The translations under genes were made by a program, and so were the position numbers. This document shows, piece by piece, positions 1-11,119 of a DNA stretch of 64,000 nucleotides; positions within the stretch are counted from its first letter, which is position 1; each line of letters begins with the position of its first letter. Below the pieces are notes generated by a model. That model ran no database searches. It worked only from the letters and a program-made list of their open reading frames with translations, and was not told the origin of the DNA. Source of the DNA: Okamejei kenojei (lineage: Eukaryota). The stretch spans positions 81,158,001 through 81,222,000 of the forward strand of contig CM069137.1 in assembly GCA_035221665.1 (NCBI GenBank), written 5' to 3'.

Positions 1-388
1 TTATAACACTGACCAAGATGGATCCATTACCACAGGTTCTTGAAGTAACCAGAAGAAGGTGGCAGCTTATCCCGGAGCTACAGACCGAGCTGAAACAGAT
101 GAAACAAATGTGCTCACCAATGCCCAGTCTCAAAATGACCCTCCCTTCAATCACACAGCAGCTGAAGGAGAGCAATCAGGTTGTGGAGTTGAAAAACCTT
201 GATTTTGGAGTTCAGCTCAGTTACAGAACTGGATTGAGGTAAATCCCAGCCGGGATCAAAGTGAGGAGCTGAGTTGGGATGGATCAGACAGACAGTTGGC
301 ATTGATGGAGAAAGGAAGAATAATGCTGGTTTCACACGCAGATGGACAACTTGGGAGAAAGAACTACTCCATTTGTGAAAAGAAACTA
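1..388 (+). mobile_element. Possible degenerate retroviral/LTR pol remnant (RT connection/RNase H-like)
   Basis: Broken frames give WQLIPELQTELKQMKQ..P.L (resembles W-x-E-x-Q-AF-x-LK-x-L-x-P-x-L) and RIMLVSHADGQLGRKNYSICEKKL (resembles RPVAYASR..EKNYS.CEKELL). Weak; context with the downstream PPT/LTR supports it. Confidence 0.35.
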
Positions 389-725
389 TATTTGTGATGA
401 ATGTGGACAGACTTTCAAACAGCGGAAACACCTGTCAGTTCACTAAATGCGCCTTACTGGAGCAAAACCTTTGCAGTGTGAAGTTTGTGGTTTCCAGTGC
501 AGGCAAAGACCATCCTTGAAGTACTATATGACCAAGCACAAGGCAGAAGCTGAACTTGAATTTGCTTGTGACCAATGTGAGAAGCGGCTCGAGAAGGCTC
601 ACAATTTAAATGTGCATATGTCCATGGTTCATCCCTTGACCCAGAATACAGATAAAAATAAACCCATTGAAATTGAATCAAGTCTGCTAAGTATAGAAAC
701 ATTAATTAAACAGGAACCCAGCTAA
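382..725 (+). pseudogene. ZNF276: ZNF276 processed pseudogene, C-terminal piece (last three C2H2 fingers to stop; probable 3'UTR to ~984)
   Basis: NYICDECGQTFKQRKHLSVH*MRLTGAKPLQCEVCGFQCRQRPSLKYYMTKHKAEAELEFACDQCEKRLEKAHNLNVHMSMVHPL matches the ZNF276 C-terminus. No introns; premature TAA at 444-446; zinc-ligand His residues mutated. Confidence 0.9.
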
Positions 726-984
726 TAGTTATTGAACAGCAAAATGAGGAGTCTAAAGAATCTTGCACCCTTTTTCAGTGTGAGCAAGACACAAAGGATT
801 AACATGAATAAACGCAATCTTGTGCTGGTTGGGCAGTGTTTAATTTCAAAAGATTATAAACATCTGGTTTTATGTTTATTATTGTCAGATGTACTGAGGT
901 ACTTTGAAAAGCTTTGCTTTGCATGCTGTCCTATAAAATCAGATAATACTGTTCATCAATGCAATCACGCCAGGCTCACCTAGA

Positions 985-1143
985 GCAAAGGAAAGATTAG
1001 TGTGGAGAATATAGTTCTGAGCATTATAGCACACCAGTTCCAGAGACTAAGTCCAATGTCTGCAATGGGGTAGAGGTGAATCAGGCAGAATCCTAGCAAA
1101 TGGAAGGACTGTTCAGGACTCTGATAACAGAGGGGAAGAAGCT
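985..1143 (-). repeat. Antisense LINE 3'-tail fragment between the two ZNF276 pieces
   Basis: ...ctgataacagaggggaagaagct resembles the antisense LINE tails elsewhere in the window (e.g. ~14890-14930 tgataacagctgagaataaact). Confidence 0.55.
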
Positions 1144-2878
1144 AGTTGGTGTTGTGGTGAGGCAGGATTCCACTTTGCCACAGTATATCTGTAAGAACTG
1201 TCACGCTCAGTTTTGCAAGTGTTGGACTGTCTTGAACAAATTCATTCAAAAAGTGAATACTTCACCAGTAGCTTCAGTGCAACATGGACAACAGGCTAGC
1301 AGATGTGTTGCAGCAACTGAAACATCATCAGTGCAATCACTTTGTGTGGTATGTCAGCTGCACGGAGGCGGAGAGGAGAGCTCTTCAGCGCGTCGTCCAC
1401 AGAGTGCAACAGATTATTGGGACACCGCTACCAGACTTGGAGGGCATCTACCACACACGGTGCCTCAGGAAGGACGTCAGCATACATAACGACTCCTCTC
1501 ACCCTTGTAGTGGATTGTTCGAACTACTCCCTTCCGGCAGATGTTACAAGGCCTTCCATGCCAGCACCTCCATACTCAGGAACAGCTTCATTCCCAGAGC
1601 TATAGCGGCTCTGAACCGGCCCTGCTGAGTACCCCCCCCCCCCACCCCCATGGACTGTCTCCCCTGGCCTCGCACTTTAGTCTGTGTTGATTTTACTGGT
1701 CTAATGTTCGTTTTTACAAACCTTGTTCTCGGGGTATCTAAACCTAAATTTTATTTGTCAATGAAATTGTGACATCGGATGGAAGTTGCAAACCAAATCT
1801 CATTGCACTTTTGTTTAATGACAATAAAATATTATTATTATTATTACTTTCACAATCTCCATTAAGACTATTCTGTGTCTGGTGACTTCAAGCAGATGTT
1901 AAACGATGGTGTCTTGGTTGCAAGCCCACAGGTTCTACAGATTTTGGTCACCTGGGCTCACCATCATGGTAGTAGCTGTGATTCTCAGCCACATGTACAG
2001 AGTGTTTTAACAGCAGAGTATCGAGGAGGAGTCGGCACTGTGTGGGGGTGTCCAGAGGGCCACAGTTACATCCTGGACATGCATTCAAGTCGCAGCGTTG
2101 TTTTAAATGAGGGACAGTGCCCATCCAGTAGAAATAAGGACTCAATGGAGGAAGTTCTAGATGGTTCAAAAACCCTTTCATCTCGGAATGGAACAATGAC
2201 TGAAAATGGTGAGTGTGATAATATTGTGAAGCATCAACCAGTCCCAGTGTTAGCAGACTTTCAGCCTTGTAGGAGCCACGTGGAGCCATTTCATGGTCGG
2301 TGGATGTGGACAACTCGGAATCACCATTGAAGAAGGATATGTTCTTGCGCTCAGATCCTGAATATACAGAGTGCCCTTGGGAAAAAGTTCAGGTACAAGA
2401 TGCAACTCAACCATTAAATGTGAAAAAAACAGTTAACTGCAATGAAGCATCTTGTTCTATAAGAAATGATGTTGTGAATGGATAGGAGTCCAGTGATCTT
2501 TCTGAAAGGTATTTATCAAGTGAAGATGAAAGGGAAATAAAAGTTAAGAATGGCTCTTCAGATGAGTCTTTTCAACCATATTGGAAGAAGATGAGTAAGT
2601 TACCAGTTAAGAAGTGCAATATTAAGGATGTGAAGAAACAATCTGGACAAAAACATGGCCGGAAACCAAAGTCAAACTTGGAAAGGCAAGATTTCCCCAC
2701 CATGTATCGATGTCAGTATAAGTGTTTACAGAGAAATTGACGGACTTAAGAAACACATAAAAGAGCAGCATGAAGAGGTGTGTGGAAGACCTTGCCCCCA
2801 CGCAGGATGTAACAAGGTGTTTCTGATTGATCGCTACCTGCAGCGCCATGTAAAGCTGATCCATACAGAAGAACGAAC
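1136..2878 (+). pseudogene. ZNF276: ZNF276 processed pseudogene, N-terminal/central piece (zf-AD C-half through second C2H2 finger), interrupted by a LINE at 1344-1842
   Basis: KKLVGVVVRQDSTLPQYICKNCHAQF (ZAD); SPQVLQILVTWAHHHGSSC..EYRGGVGTVWGCPEGHSYILD; YREIDGLKKHIKEQHEEVCGRPCPHAGCNKVFLIDRYLQRHVKLIHTEER. Frameshifts and stops; no introns. Confidence 0.9.
1344..1842 (+). mobile_element. 5'-truncated Rex1/Babar-like LINE inserted into the ZNF276 retrocopy
   Basis: WYVSCTEAERRALQRVV..HPCSGLFELLPSGRCY..LRNSFIPRAI ORF2 end, AATAAA and (TAT)n tail; candidate TSD atcacttt (1336-1343) / attacttt (1843-1850). Confidence 0.8.
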
Positions 2879-3045
2879 ATCTTTACAGATCAGCAGGAAG
2901 TGCAAAGCCTTTGGTCACAACTTCGGAAAGACAAACCACATTTGATCAACAATCTTGAAGCATTTTGAGCTCTATCGTATGACCAAGGGTCTAGAGAGAG
3001 AGAAGCTGAACATTTTGAAACTGATGGACCTCTTGAAAGAGATTA
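2876..3045 (+). pseudogene. Two fused cDNA fragments of a CRACR2A/CRACR2B (EFCAB4/Rab46)-family gene
   Basis: NIFTDQQEVQSLWSQLRKDKPHLINNLEAF resembles CRACR2A [48 protein letters not shown] resembles [25 protein letters not shown]. The intervening coiled coil is missing. Paralog not determinable. Confidence 0.7.
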
Positions 3046-3785
3046 TGCATAACCCTATCCAGGAAGACAATGACTCAGACCTGGTGGGTAATCAGTGTGA
3101 TGACAATCAGGACATTGTGGGGATGGCAATTATGGTGTTTCTGATGAGAAGGACAATTGCCGTTTTGTTCCCAACCCTGACTAGATCGATGCCGATGGTG
3201 ACAGCAGAGGAGACATCTGCAAGGACGACTTTGACAACAACATCCCAGATATCTATGACATGTGCCCCGAGAACAGCGCCAGCAGTGAGACTGACCTGAC
3301 GAAGTTCCAAAGGGGATGATGCAGATCGTTGCTAACTGGGTAATGCGCAACAAGGGCAGGGAGTTACTGCAGACTGCCAACTCTGACCCTGGCCTTGCTG
3401 TCAGATTTGAGGAGTTCGACGCCATCAACTTCAGTGGCACCTTCTACGTCAACACAGACCACAATCTACGCTGGCTTTGTCTTTGGCTTCCAGTCCAGCA
3501 GCCACTTCTACGTGGTGATGTGGAGCAGGCCACACAAGCCTACTGGGAGGAGAAGCTGTCCAAACCCATGGATACACCAGCGTCTCACTCAAGGTGGTGA
3601 TCCCCACCACAGGCCGAGAGGGGGGGAACACCTGTGCAACGCTCTCTGAAGAGACTGGGAACACCCTCGGACAGGTGCAAACTTTATGGCACAACCCCAA
3701 TATCGGCTGAAAGGATTACACCGCCTACAGTTGGCACCTGACCCATCGACCCTAAACAAGCATCATCAGGATGGTTGTCAATGAA
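3046..3785 (+). pseudogene. THBS2: Thrombospondin subgroup A (THBS2-like) processed fragment: type-3 repeats plus C-terminal lectin-like domain
   Basis: HNPIQEDNDSDLVGNQCDDNQDI; [25 protein letters not shown]; NWVMRNKGRELLQTANSDPGLAV.FEEF..INFSGTFYVNT; YAGFVFGFQSSSHFYVVMW; GEHLCNAL; TGNT.GQVQTLWH; KDYTAYSWHLTHRP. Intronless, frameshifted, with internal deletions. Confidence 0.85.
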
Positions 3786-3793
3786 GAGAGTGA

Positions 3794-3963
3794 GAACTGG
3801 ATGTGATACCATTGGTTTGATGGACTTTGGGGTACTATTGAACTGGTTGCCATACCTTTGGTTTGGTGGACTTTGGGGTACTGTGATACATTATTGCTCT
3901 AACATTCTGCTAATCATTGTTCTAATAGTTGTGACCATTGTGTGTACCTACCGAGGACTGTGA
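3794..3963 (+). mobile_element. Env transmembrane-like tail remnant
   Basis: NWLPYLWFGGLWGTVIHYCSNILLIIVLIVVTIVC: Trp-rich membrane-proximal segment plus hydrophobic anchor, directly upstream of a PPT; contains a ~46-bp tandem duplication. Confidence 0.5.
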
Positions 3964-3980
3964 ATATTAACATGTTTGAT

Positions 3981-5202
3981 AAAAAAGAGGGAATGAAAGA
4001 GATAATAGTCAAATCTAATAAGGTTTTCAAAATGGAGCCATTCTACAAAAGCATGGTCTAGTAGAACAAAAGAATGGCGGTGTCAAGTCTGAATGTCTTT
4101 GCAAATTATAGGGAACACAATATGGAGGACAGGTTGTCTTTTTAATAAAGACATTAAAATGGAAACGTGCATAATAACATGTGCTTCTTTCAAAGCCATA
4201 AAGAAGCCAAGATTGAAAGAAATAGCTGATGCTAGAGAGATGTAATAACTTGTTATTGGATGATTTTGATTTGGACCCAGCTTTTCCTATATTCTGAAAG
4301 TCTATAGAATCTTTCAGTCATGCCATGGTCAGACTTTGTAGGAGAGTTTTACGGATAAGAAAAATGTATAAATGCGCTAACTTTCCTTTGTTCTGTGAGT
4401 GGAGCCCGAGAAGCACGAGCAACGTTTGTTTTGTAAGAGATGAACTTTGATAAGGGACTGAGCCTCCCGTTGTACCCTCTCTCTCCCATCTTCCGGCAGG
4501 TTACCCAGTGAGCTGGTGTCCGTGATGGACACACAATGGTTGCAGTAGCGGGGAGTGAACGTGGCGTGAGTAGCGGGCCCGTCACTGGTGCACCGCGTGT
4601 GGGGGCAAGGGCTCTGTGGTTCCTTAGCCTGTGAACTCCCACTTGTTTACCAACCCTCCCCCCCCCCCCTCCCTCCCTACGATGCCTCCGTGTTTCTTCC
4701 CTCAAGAGTCAAGAGGGTTTTATTGTCATATGTCCCAGATAGAACAATGAAATTCTTACTCGCAGCAGCAGAATAGAATATGTAAACATAGTACACTGTA
4801 AACAATATAATAAACGAGAGAGAAAAAAAAGCTCAGTGTGTATATACACATACTCACAAATATATATCATCCCACACATTGATCTATATATTGTATGTAT
4901 ACACATACGCACTCACAAATAAAACAATAATAGTGCAATAATAACAATAGTAGTCTATGTAATTCAGAACTTATTTGAGGGGTTGTAGTGTTTAGTAGCC
5001 GAATGGCTATAGGGAAGGAGCTATTCCTGAGCCTGACTTCCTAGCCTTGGATTAAACTTTACCCCTGAAGCGGTTCACGTCTTGTATAAACACAGTTTAA
5101 TATTTAAATGATACAGCTCAACAATTAGTACAAAAGGGCAAGGTGTGTTAACGTGTTGACTGTGAAATGAAGCCTAGCTCCGTCGTCTGCTGCACCCCGT
5201 CA
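3981..5202 (+). mobile_element. Polypurine tract (3981-3993) and putative 3' LTR of an ERV starting TGAAAGA at 3994
   Basis: AAAAAAGAGGGAA|TGAAAGA closely resembles the gammaretroviral PPT/U3 junction; TATAAA at ~4367; ATTAAA at 5051. The 3' end is uncertain: TCTTTCA ending 4316, or ..CCCGTCA ending 5202. Confidence 0.6.
4703..5035 (-). repeat. Antisense LINE 3' tail inserted in the putative LTR
   Basis: caagagtcaagagggttttattgtcatatg.. tail pattern shared with other LINE ends in the window. Confidence 0.6.
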
Positions 5203-5933
5203 GCTGTTTACCCAGATTGGCGTTGATTGGTTGGCCCAGATCATGCCAGGTCCCCGTGAGAGCTCGACGAACGATGGTTCGAGGCCAAAGTGGCTCGGCC
5301 ACATGATGGCGCCACATGACCCTCCCCCCCCCCCCCAACCCCCATCACTCGGATATGGCAGACAATTGGCAAAGACAGACACCATCGGCCCCTCCCACTG
5401 CCCCTCCCATGATCCATTATCGCAAGGGTTTACTCTATCTACAAGAGGAGTAACTGGCACCACATAACCGACTCATCAATGTGAGGGATGATGTTCAGGC
5501 CTGAGAAATACAGGCACAGCACTGTAACTACTAACGTGAAAGGTGCTTCAAGAAGGATGGAAACTAAAATTAAAACAAATAAGAAAATAGTTTTTTAGAG
5601 TATTTTACATTATTACTAGAACAGAGATCTGTATTATTATGCAAATATTTACATTATTTGTGTTTATGGTCCCATATCACTCGCTAATGCACATATTCAG
5701 AAAGGAAAACAAACATTATATCACTTGGCAGCACATGGTTTGCAGCCTGCAAATAAACAAGACATAAGTCACAGTTTTGCTTTCCAAAGCGTAATTAAGA
5801 AACAACTCTAGGAACAATGAGAAATGGAGCTTTGGTATGTGTATAAACTGGGTATAATTTCAATTGGTTGCTAGTTGGTACTGGGTAATGTAAACAGGAG
5901 TTCATTTATTTAACAAAGAACATAGAACAGTAC

Positions 5934-6050
5934 GGACACAAAATGCTGAAGTAACTCAGCGGGACAGGCAGCATCTCTGGAGAGAAGGAATGGGTGACGT
6001 TTCGGGTTGAGACCCTTCTTCAGACTTCTTCTGCAGTTCTTTCCTATACA
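5934..6050 (-). repeat. Penelope-terminus-derived short repeat with minimal hammerhead motif
   Basis: Minus strand reads AGTCTGAAGAAGGGTCTCAACCCGAAACGTCAC. Very high copy number in the window. Confidence 0.7.
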
Positions 6051-6489
6051 GAGAACAGTATGGCACAGGAATGGGCCCTTCATCCCACAATGTTTGTGCC
6101 GGACATGATGTCTGGTTACACTGATCTCATCTGCCTGTACATGATCCTTATTGCTCTATTCCCTGCACTTCCATGTGCCTATCTAAAAGCCTCTTAAACA
6201 CCATTATCATATCTGCTTCCACCACCACCCCAGGCAATGCGTTCCAGGCCCCCAACACTTTCTCTGCATAAAGCATTTGCCCCACACATCTCCATTAAAC
6301 TTCCCCCCCTCTCACCATATAGCTATGCCCTCTAGTGATGGACCCTGGGGAAAAAGGTTCTAACCATCTACCTGATCTCTGCCTCTCATAATTTTATATA
6401 CTTCTATCAAGTCTCCCCTTTGATATTCCACAAAAAACAATCCAACTCTATCCAACCTCTCCCTGTAGCTGAAACCCTTTAATCCAAGC

Positions 6490-7198
6490 AGCATTCAGAC
6501 CTCCTCCACTGTCAGAGTGAGGCTTAATCCAAATTGGGGAAACAGCATCACGTATTTTGCTTATGCAGCTTACACCCCAGTGGTATGAATATTGATTTAT
6601 CTAACTTCACTTAACCCCAGCATTCCCTCTCTCTCTATCTCTCCCCCACCTATGTCATACCAGCTTTTATTCTCACCTAGCTACAGCTAAAGGGGCTGTC
6701 CCACTGTACAAGCTAATTCAAAAGGTACTCGGGGCTCTCGTGGACATTTTTCAACATGTTGAAAAATCTTCACGAGTCTTCACGAGCTTACCGCGTTTCC
6801 CGACTACCTGACGTTAGCGTTACAAACCGCTAAGAGACGACCCGAGCTCCGACTTACCCGCTACGTACATTCTACGTGCTTACCACGAGTTTGATTTTTT
6901 TTTTAACTCGGGAGAGCTCTTGAATTAGCTCGTACAGTGGGACAGCCCCTTAACAATGGCCTGTTTCCTTTATCATCGTTACTTTGTTGCATATCTTTCA
7001 TTCATTTGTTCCATATCTCTCTACTTCATCGTCTATATCTCTCATTTCCCTTTGTCGTGACTTTCAGTCAGAAGAAGAGTCTCGACCCGAAACGTCACCC
7101 ATTCCTTTTCTCCAGAGATGCTGCCTGTCCCGCTGAGTTACTCCAGCATTTGGTGTCTATCTTCAATGTGAACCAGCATCTGCAGTTCCTTCCTACAC
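6490..7198 (+). mobile_element. Penelope-like element 3' fragment (GIY-YIG end plus terminal repeat), interrupted by a MITE
   Basis: Degenerate match to LHCQSE..KL.EQH.IF.L.SL.P.GMNI, followed by the terminal repeat with a degenerate hammerhead at ~7066-7100. Confidence 0.7.
6691..6950. mobile_element. PIF/Harbinger-type MITE
   Basis: 31-bp TIRs AGGGGCTGTCCCACTGTAC(A/G)AGCTAATTCAA with 1 mismatch; TAA TSD restoring the host sequence cagcTAAcaatgg. Confidence 0.9.
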
Positions 7199-7199
7199 C

Positions 7200-7510
7200 A
7201 TAGTGGTAAACCTTCTCTGCACACTCTCCAAAGCCTCCACATGTTTCCTGTAATGAGACGAACAGAACTGCACGCAATACTCCAAATGTGGCTCATTCAA
7301 AGTCCTATAGAGATGTATGATGACTTCCTGACTCTTATATTCAATGCCCCTTGCAATGAAGGCAACCATATCACACGCCTTCTTTACCACCTTAGCTACT
7401 TGTGCTCCCACCTTTAGTGAGCTATGAACTAGCACTCCGAGATCCCTTTGCACATCAATGCTGTTAAACACCTTGCCATTAACTGCATACTTTCCTCTTG
7501 CATTCAAACT
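7200..7510 (-). mobile_element. CR1 LINE ORF2 fragment
   Basis: QRDLGVLVHSSLKV..LYRTL..PHLEYCVQF..HYRK.VEALESVQRRFT. Confidence 0.85.
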
Positions 7511-8169
7511 CCTGCTTAATTTAGATTCAACCTCCTTACTTGCAGCTCACAATGCTGAAGATTTTCAGCTCATATCATGGACACAGCTATCAGAAAATCA
7601 CGAGATTGATCTGTAATTTTCAAAATTCTGAAGGTTCAGACATGCAATGCATGAATTTACCCATGTATCAGGAGACTCTTTGATTTGTTACATTTTCACT
7701 CATGGGATCTGTTATATTTCTTATTTAGAAGCATAAGGTCATAAATAATAGTAGCAGAATTAGGCCATTCGGCCTATGCATTACGATGCGATACGATACG
7801 GTGCGATACCATAAACTTTATTCATCCCTGGAAGGATATTGGTCTGCTGACAGTCACAACACACAAGGTACACAAAAACATGAAATTAAAAGTGGAAAAG
7901 AAAGATAAGGACAGGAAAAGGACCATCAAGTCTCCTCTGCCATTCAATCATGGCCGATCTCTCTCTCTCTCCCTAACCCTATTCTCCTGACACCTGTACT
8001 AATCAATAATCTGTCTATCTCTGCCTTAAAAATGTCCATTGACTTGGCCTCCACAGCCTTCTGTGGCAAAGAATTCCACAGATTCACCACCCTGACTAAA
8101 ATAATATGTTTCTCTGCCTTAAAAAAACAGATCAGAGCTGGAATTCCCATTACTGTACCAGATAACATG

Positions 8170-8525
8170 TTTTAGTTTCAGTTTTAGTTTTAGAGATACA
8201 GCGCGAAAACAGGCTCTTCAGCCTACCAAGTTCACACCGACCAGCCATCCCCATACACTAACACTATCCTACACACTAGGGACAATTTACATTTTTACTG
8301 AAGCCAATTAACCTACAAACGTGTACGTCTTTGGTATGTGGGAGGAAACCGGAGCAGCCGGAGAAAACCGGAGCAGCTCAGGCAGAGAATGTACAAACAC
8401 CGTACAGACAGCACCCGTGGTCAGTATTGAACCTGTGTCTCTGGGGCTGTAAAGCCGCTACTCTACCGTTGCGCCACCTGGTGCTGTAAGGAGGCAACTC
8501 TGCCGCTGCACCACCGTGCCGACCA
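8170..8525 (-). mobile_element. HE1/V-SINE copy
   Basis: Reverse complement of the tRNA-headed SINE seen at 11775-12095; (TTTAG)n tail. Confidence 0.75.
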
Positions 8526-9499
8526 TGCCTAACCTTTAAATCTGGCGTTGCTTTGGATAAGGCTATTTTGTATGTTAAAAATAAATTAAAGGCTGTAAGC
8601 CATCACAAAAGTTCAGGGTTATCAGTAATTACACTATGTTGGCCTCCTGTGCTCATGGTAACCAATAGCAATTTGTATTGATGTCACAAGATTATTATAT
8701 TTTCGTCAAGGTTTGAACGAGAGCTATTTTTCACCTTGTGAACCTCACTGTAGAAACCTCTTTTCAGTCATAGTAAATTAATATATATTGTTCAAGGGCT
8801 GATAGTAGTAAATCACAACACAATTCTGAGTGGCCTTTTGTGCTGAGAATAAACAACACTAATCTTGTATTAGCACTTTCCATTAACTGTGTTTAATTAT
8901 TTTGACTGAAACTTAAGAAATTCAATCATGTGGACTCAAAGAACTGTTTTACCCCCCAAAAAAGACGCAACGTATTGGAGTAACTCGGTGCGTGAGGTGA
9001 CATCTCTAGAAAATAATGATCGGTGACGTTTCAGGTTGAGGCCCTTAGTCAGACTAAAAGAAGCGTCTTCAGTCTGAAGAATGGTCCCGACCCGAAATGT
9101 TGCCTATCCATGTTCTCCATAGATGCTGACCCGCCGTGTTACTCCAGCACTTTGGACCTCTTGCTAAAACCCTTCTCTCACCTTGTTTCTTAAATGCTGG
9201 TTTTTAAATGCTTTGGCGGTCGCAAAGACGACAACTAAGTTTTGATAACTGGTTTTATTCACAAAACAGCTATTTAGCTTACAGATTATTGGCCAGATTG
9301 ACTGGCCAATTACTAAAAGGGTTTGACGGTGGTGGATAACAATGGAAGACATTTAAAGACTGCATGGATGAACTACACGTTTGGCAAAAGAATAAAATCG
9401 TAGTGCATCCGTGGATGAAACAGCACAAAGGATCACAAAGTAGCCAGAAAAAGCAGCATACCAGAGGACCAGAGACCCAGCAGCGGAGGACACGGGCTT

Positions 9500-11076
9500 A
9501 ATTAGAAAGGAAAAATAGATTATGAAAGAAAACTGGCAGGAACATAAAAACTGACTGCAAAAGTTTTTATAGATATGTGAAGAGAAAGAGGTTAGTTAAA
9601 ACAAATGTAGGTCCCTTGCAGTCAGAAACAGGTGAGTTGATCATGGGTAAACCGGACCAATTGAATAACTACTTTGGTTCCGTCTTCACTAAGGAAGACA
9701 TAAATAATCTGAAATAGCCAAAGGAGGAATTGAGTGAAATCCAGGTCAATAAATCCCCAGGGGCCAGATAAAGAGTACTTAAGGAAGTTAGCTCAGGAAT
9801 AGTGGATGCATTAGTGATAATCTTAGTCAAAACTCTTTAGAAGCAAATGTAACCCCTCTTTTTTAAGAAGGGAGGGGAGAGGAAAACGGGGATGCGGAGA
9901 GAGAAAACGGGAATTACAGACCCAGTTAGGGTAGTGGGGAAAACTGCTAGAGTCAGTTATTAAAGATGGGATAGCTTTGGACCAGCATGGATTTACAAAA
10001 AGGTAAATCCGAATCTTGTGGATTTTTCGAGGATGTAACGTAGCGTGCCAGTGGATGGGGGATATCTGGAGACTTTTCGACAAGGTCCCACATAAGAGAT
10101 TAGTATACAAACTTAAAGCATACGCAGTATTGATGTGTGATATAGAACCTAAACAGGAAGCAAAGCAGGCAGGCAGTAACTAGTGGGGTACACAGGGCTC
10201 AGTGCACCCAATCTGGAGGAATGTTTGAAGGCAATATCTCAAGTTTGCGGATGACACTAAGCTGGGGGGCAGTGTTCGCTGTGAGGAGGATGCTAGGAGA
10301 CTGCAAGGTGACTTGGATAGGCCAAATGTTTGGCAGATAGTATAATGTTGATAAAAGTGCCCACTTTGGTGGCATTTGGTGGGCAAAAAACAGGAAAGCA
10401 GACTATTATTTAAATGGTGGCCGATTAGGGAAAAGGGGAGATGCAGCGAGAGACCTGGGTGTCCACCAGTCATTGAACATGCAGGTTGGGTTGTACAGGG
10501 TCTTGGTGAGACCACACCTGGAGTAAGTTTTGGTCTCCAAATCTGAGGAAGGACATATTGCCATAGAGGGAGTGCAGAGAAGGTTCACCAGACTGATTCC
10601 TGGGATGTCAGGACTGTCTTATGAAGAAAGACTGGATAGACTCGGTTTATACTCTCTGGAATTTAGGAGATTAAGAGGGGATCTTATAGAAACTTACAAA
10701 ATTCTTAAGGGGTTGGACAGGCTAGATGCAGGAAGATTGTTCCCGATGTTGGGGAAGTCCAGGACAAGGGGTCACAGCTTAAGGATAAGGGGGAAATCCT
10801 TTAAGACCGAGATGAGAAAGACTTTCTTCACACAGAGAGTGGTGAGTCTCTGGAACTCTCTGCCACAGAGGGTAGTTGAGGCCAGTTCATTGGCTATATT
10901 TAAGAGTGAGTTGGATGTGGCCCTTGTGGCTAAGGGGATCAGAGGGTATGGAGAGAAGGCAGGTACGGGATACTGAGTTGGATGATCAGCCATGATCATA
11001 TTGAATGGCGGTGCAGGCTCGAAGGGCTGAATGGCCTACTCCTGCACCTAATTTCTATGTTTCTATGTTTCTATGT
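9500..11076 (+). mobile_element. CR1 LINE, 5'-truncated, ORF2 heavily deleted in the 5' part and intact at the 3' end
   Basis: RT motifs (DF..KVPH.RL, SKFADDTKLGG) and intact C-terminus IEGVQRRFTRLIPGMSGLSYEERLDRLGLYSLE..; (TTTCTATG)3 tail. Confidence 0.9.
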
Positions 11077-11119
11077 CCTTACAAAACGTCTGACCACAAC
11101 GGTGGTCAGCACTCAACTG

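Noticed and set aside
18-242. COMP/thrombospondin coiled coil
   Set aside because: Only vague heptad similarity with no CxxC motif, and not contiguous with the THBS2 piece; a pol remnant fits the context better but is also weak.
447-725. Functional zinc-finger gene
   Set aside because: Upstream in-frame stop, mutated zinc ligands, no introns and scrambled order show a retrocopy fragment.
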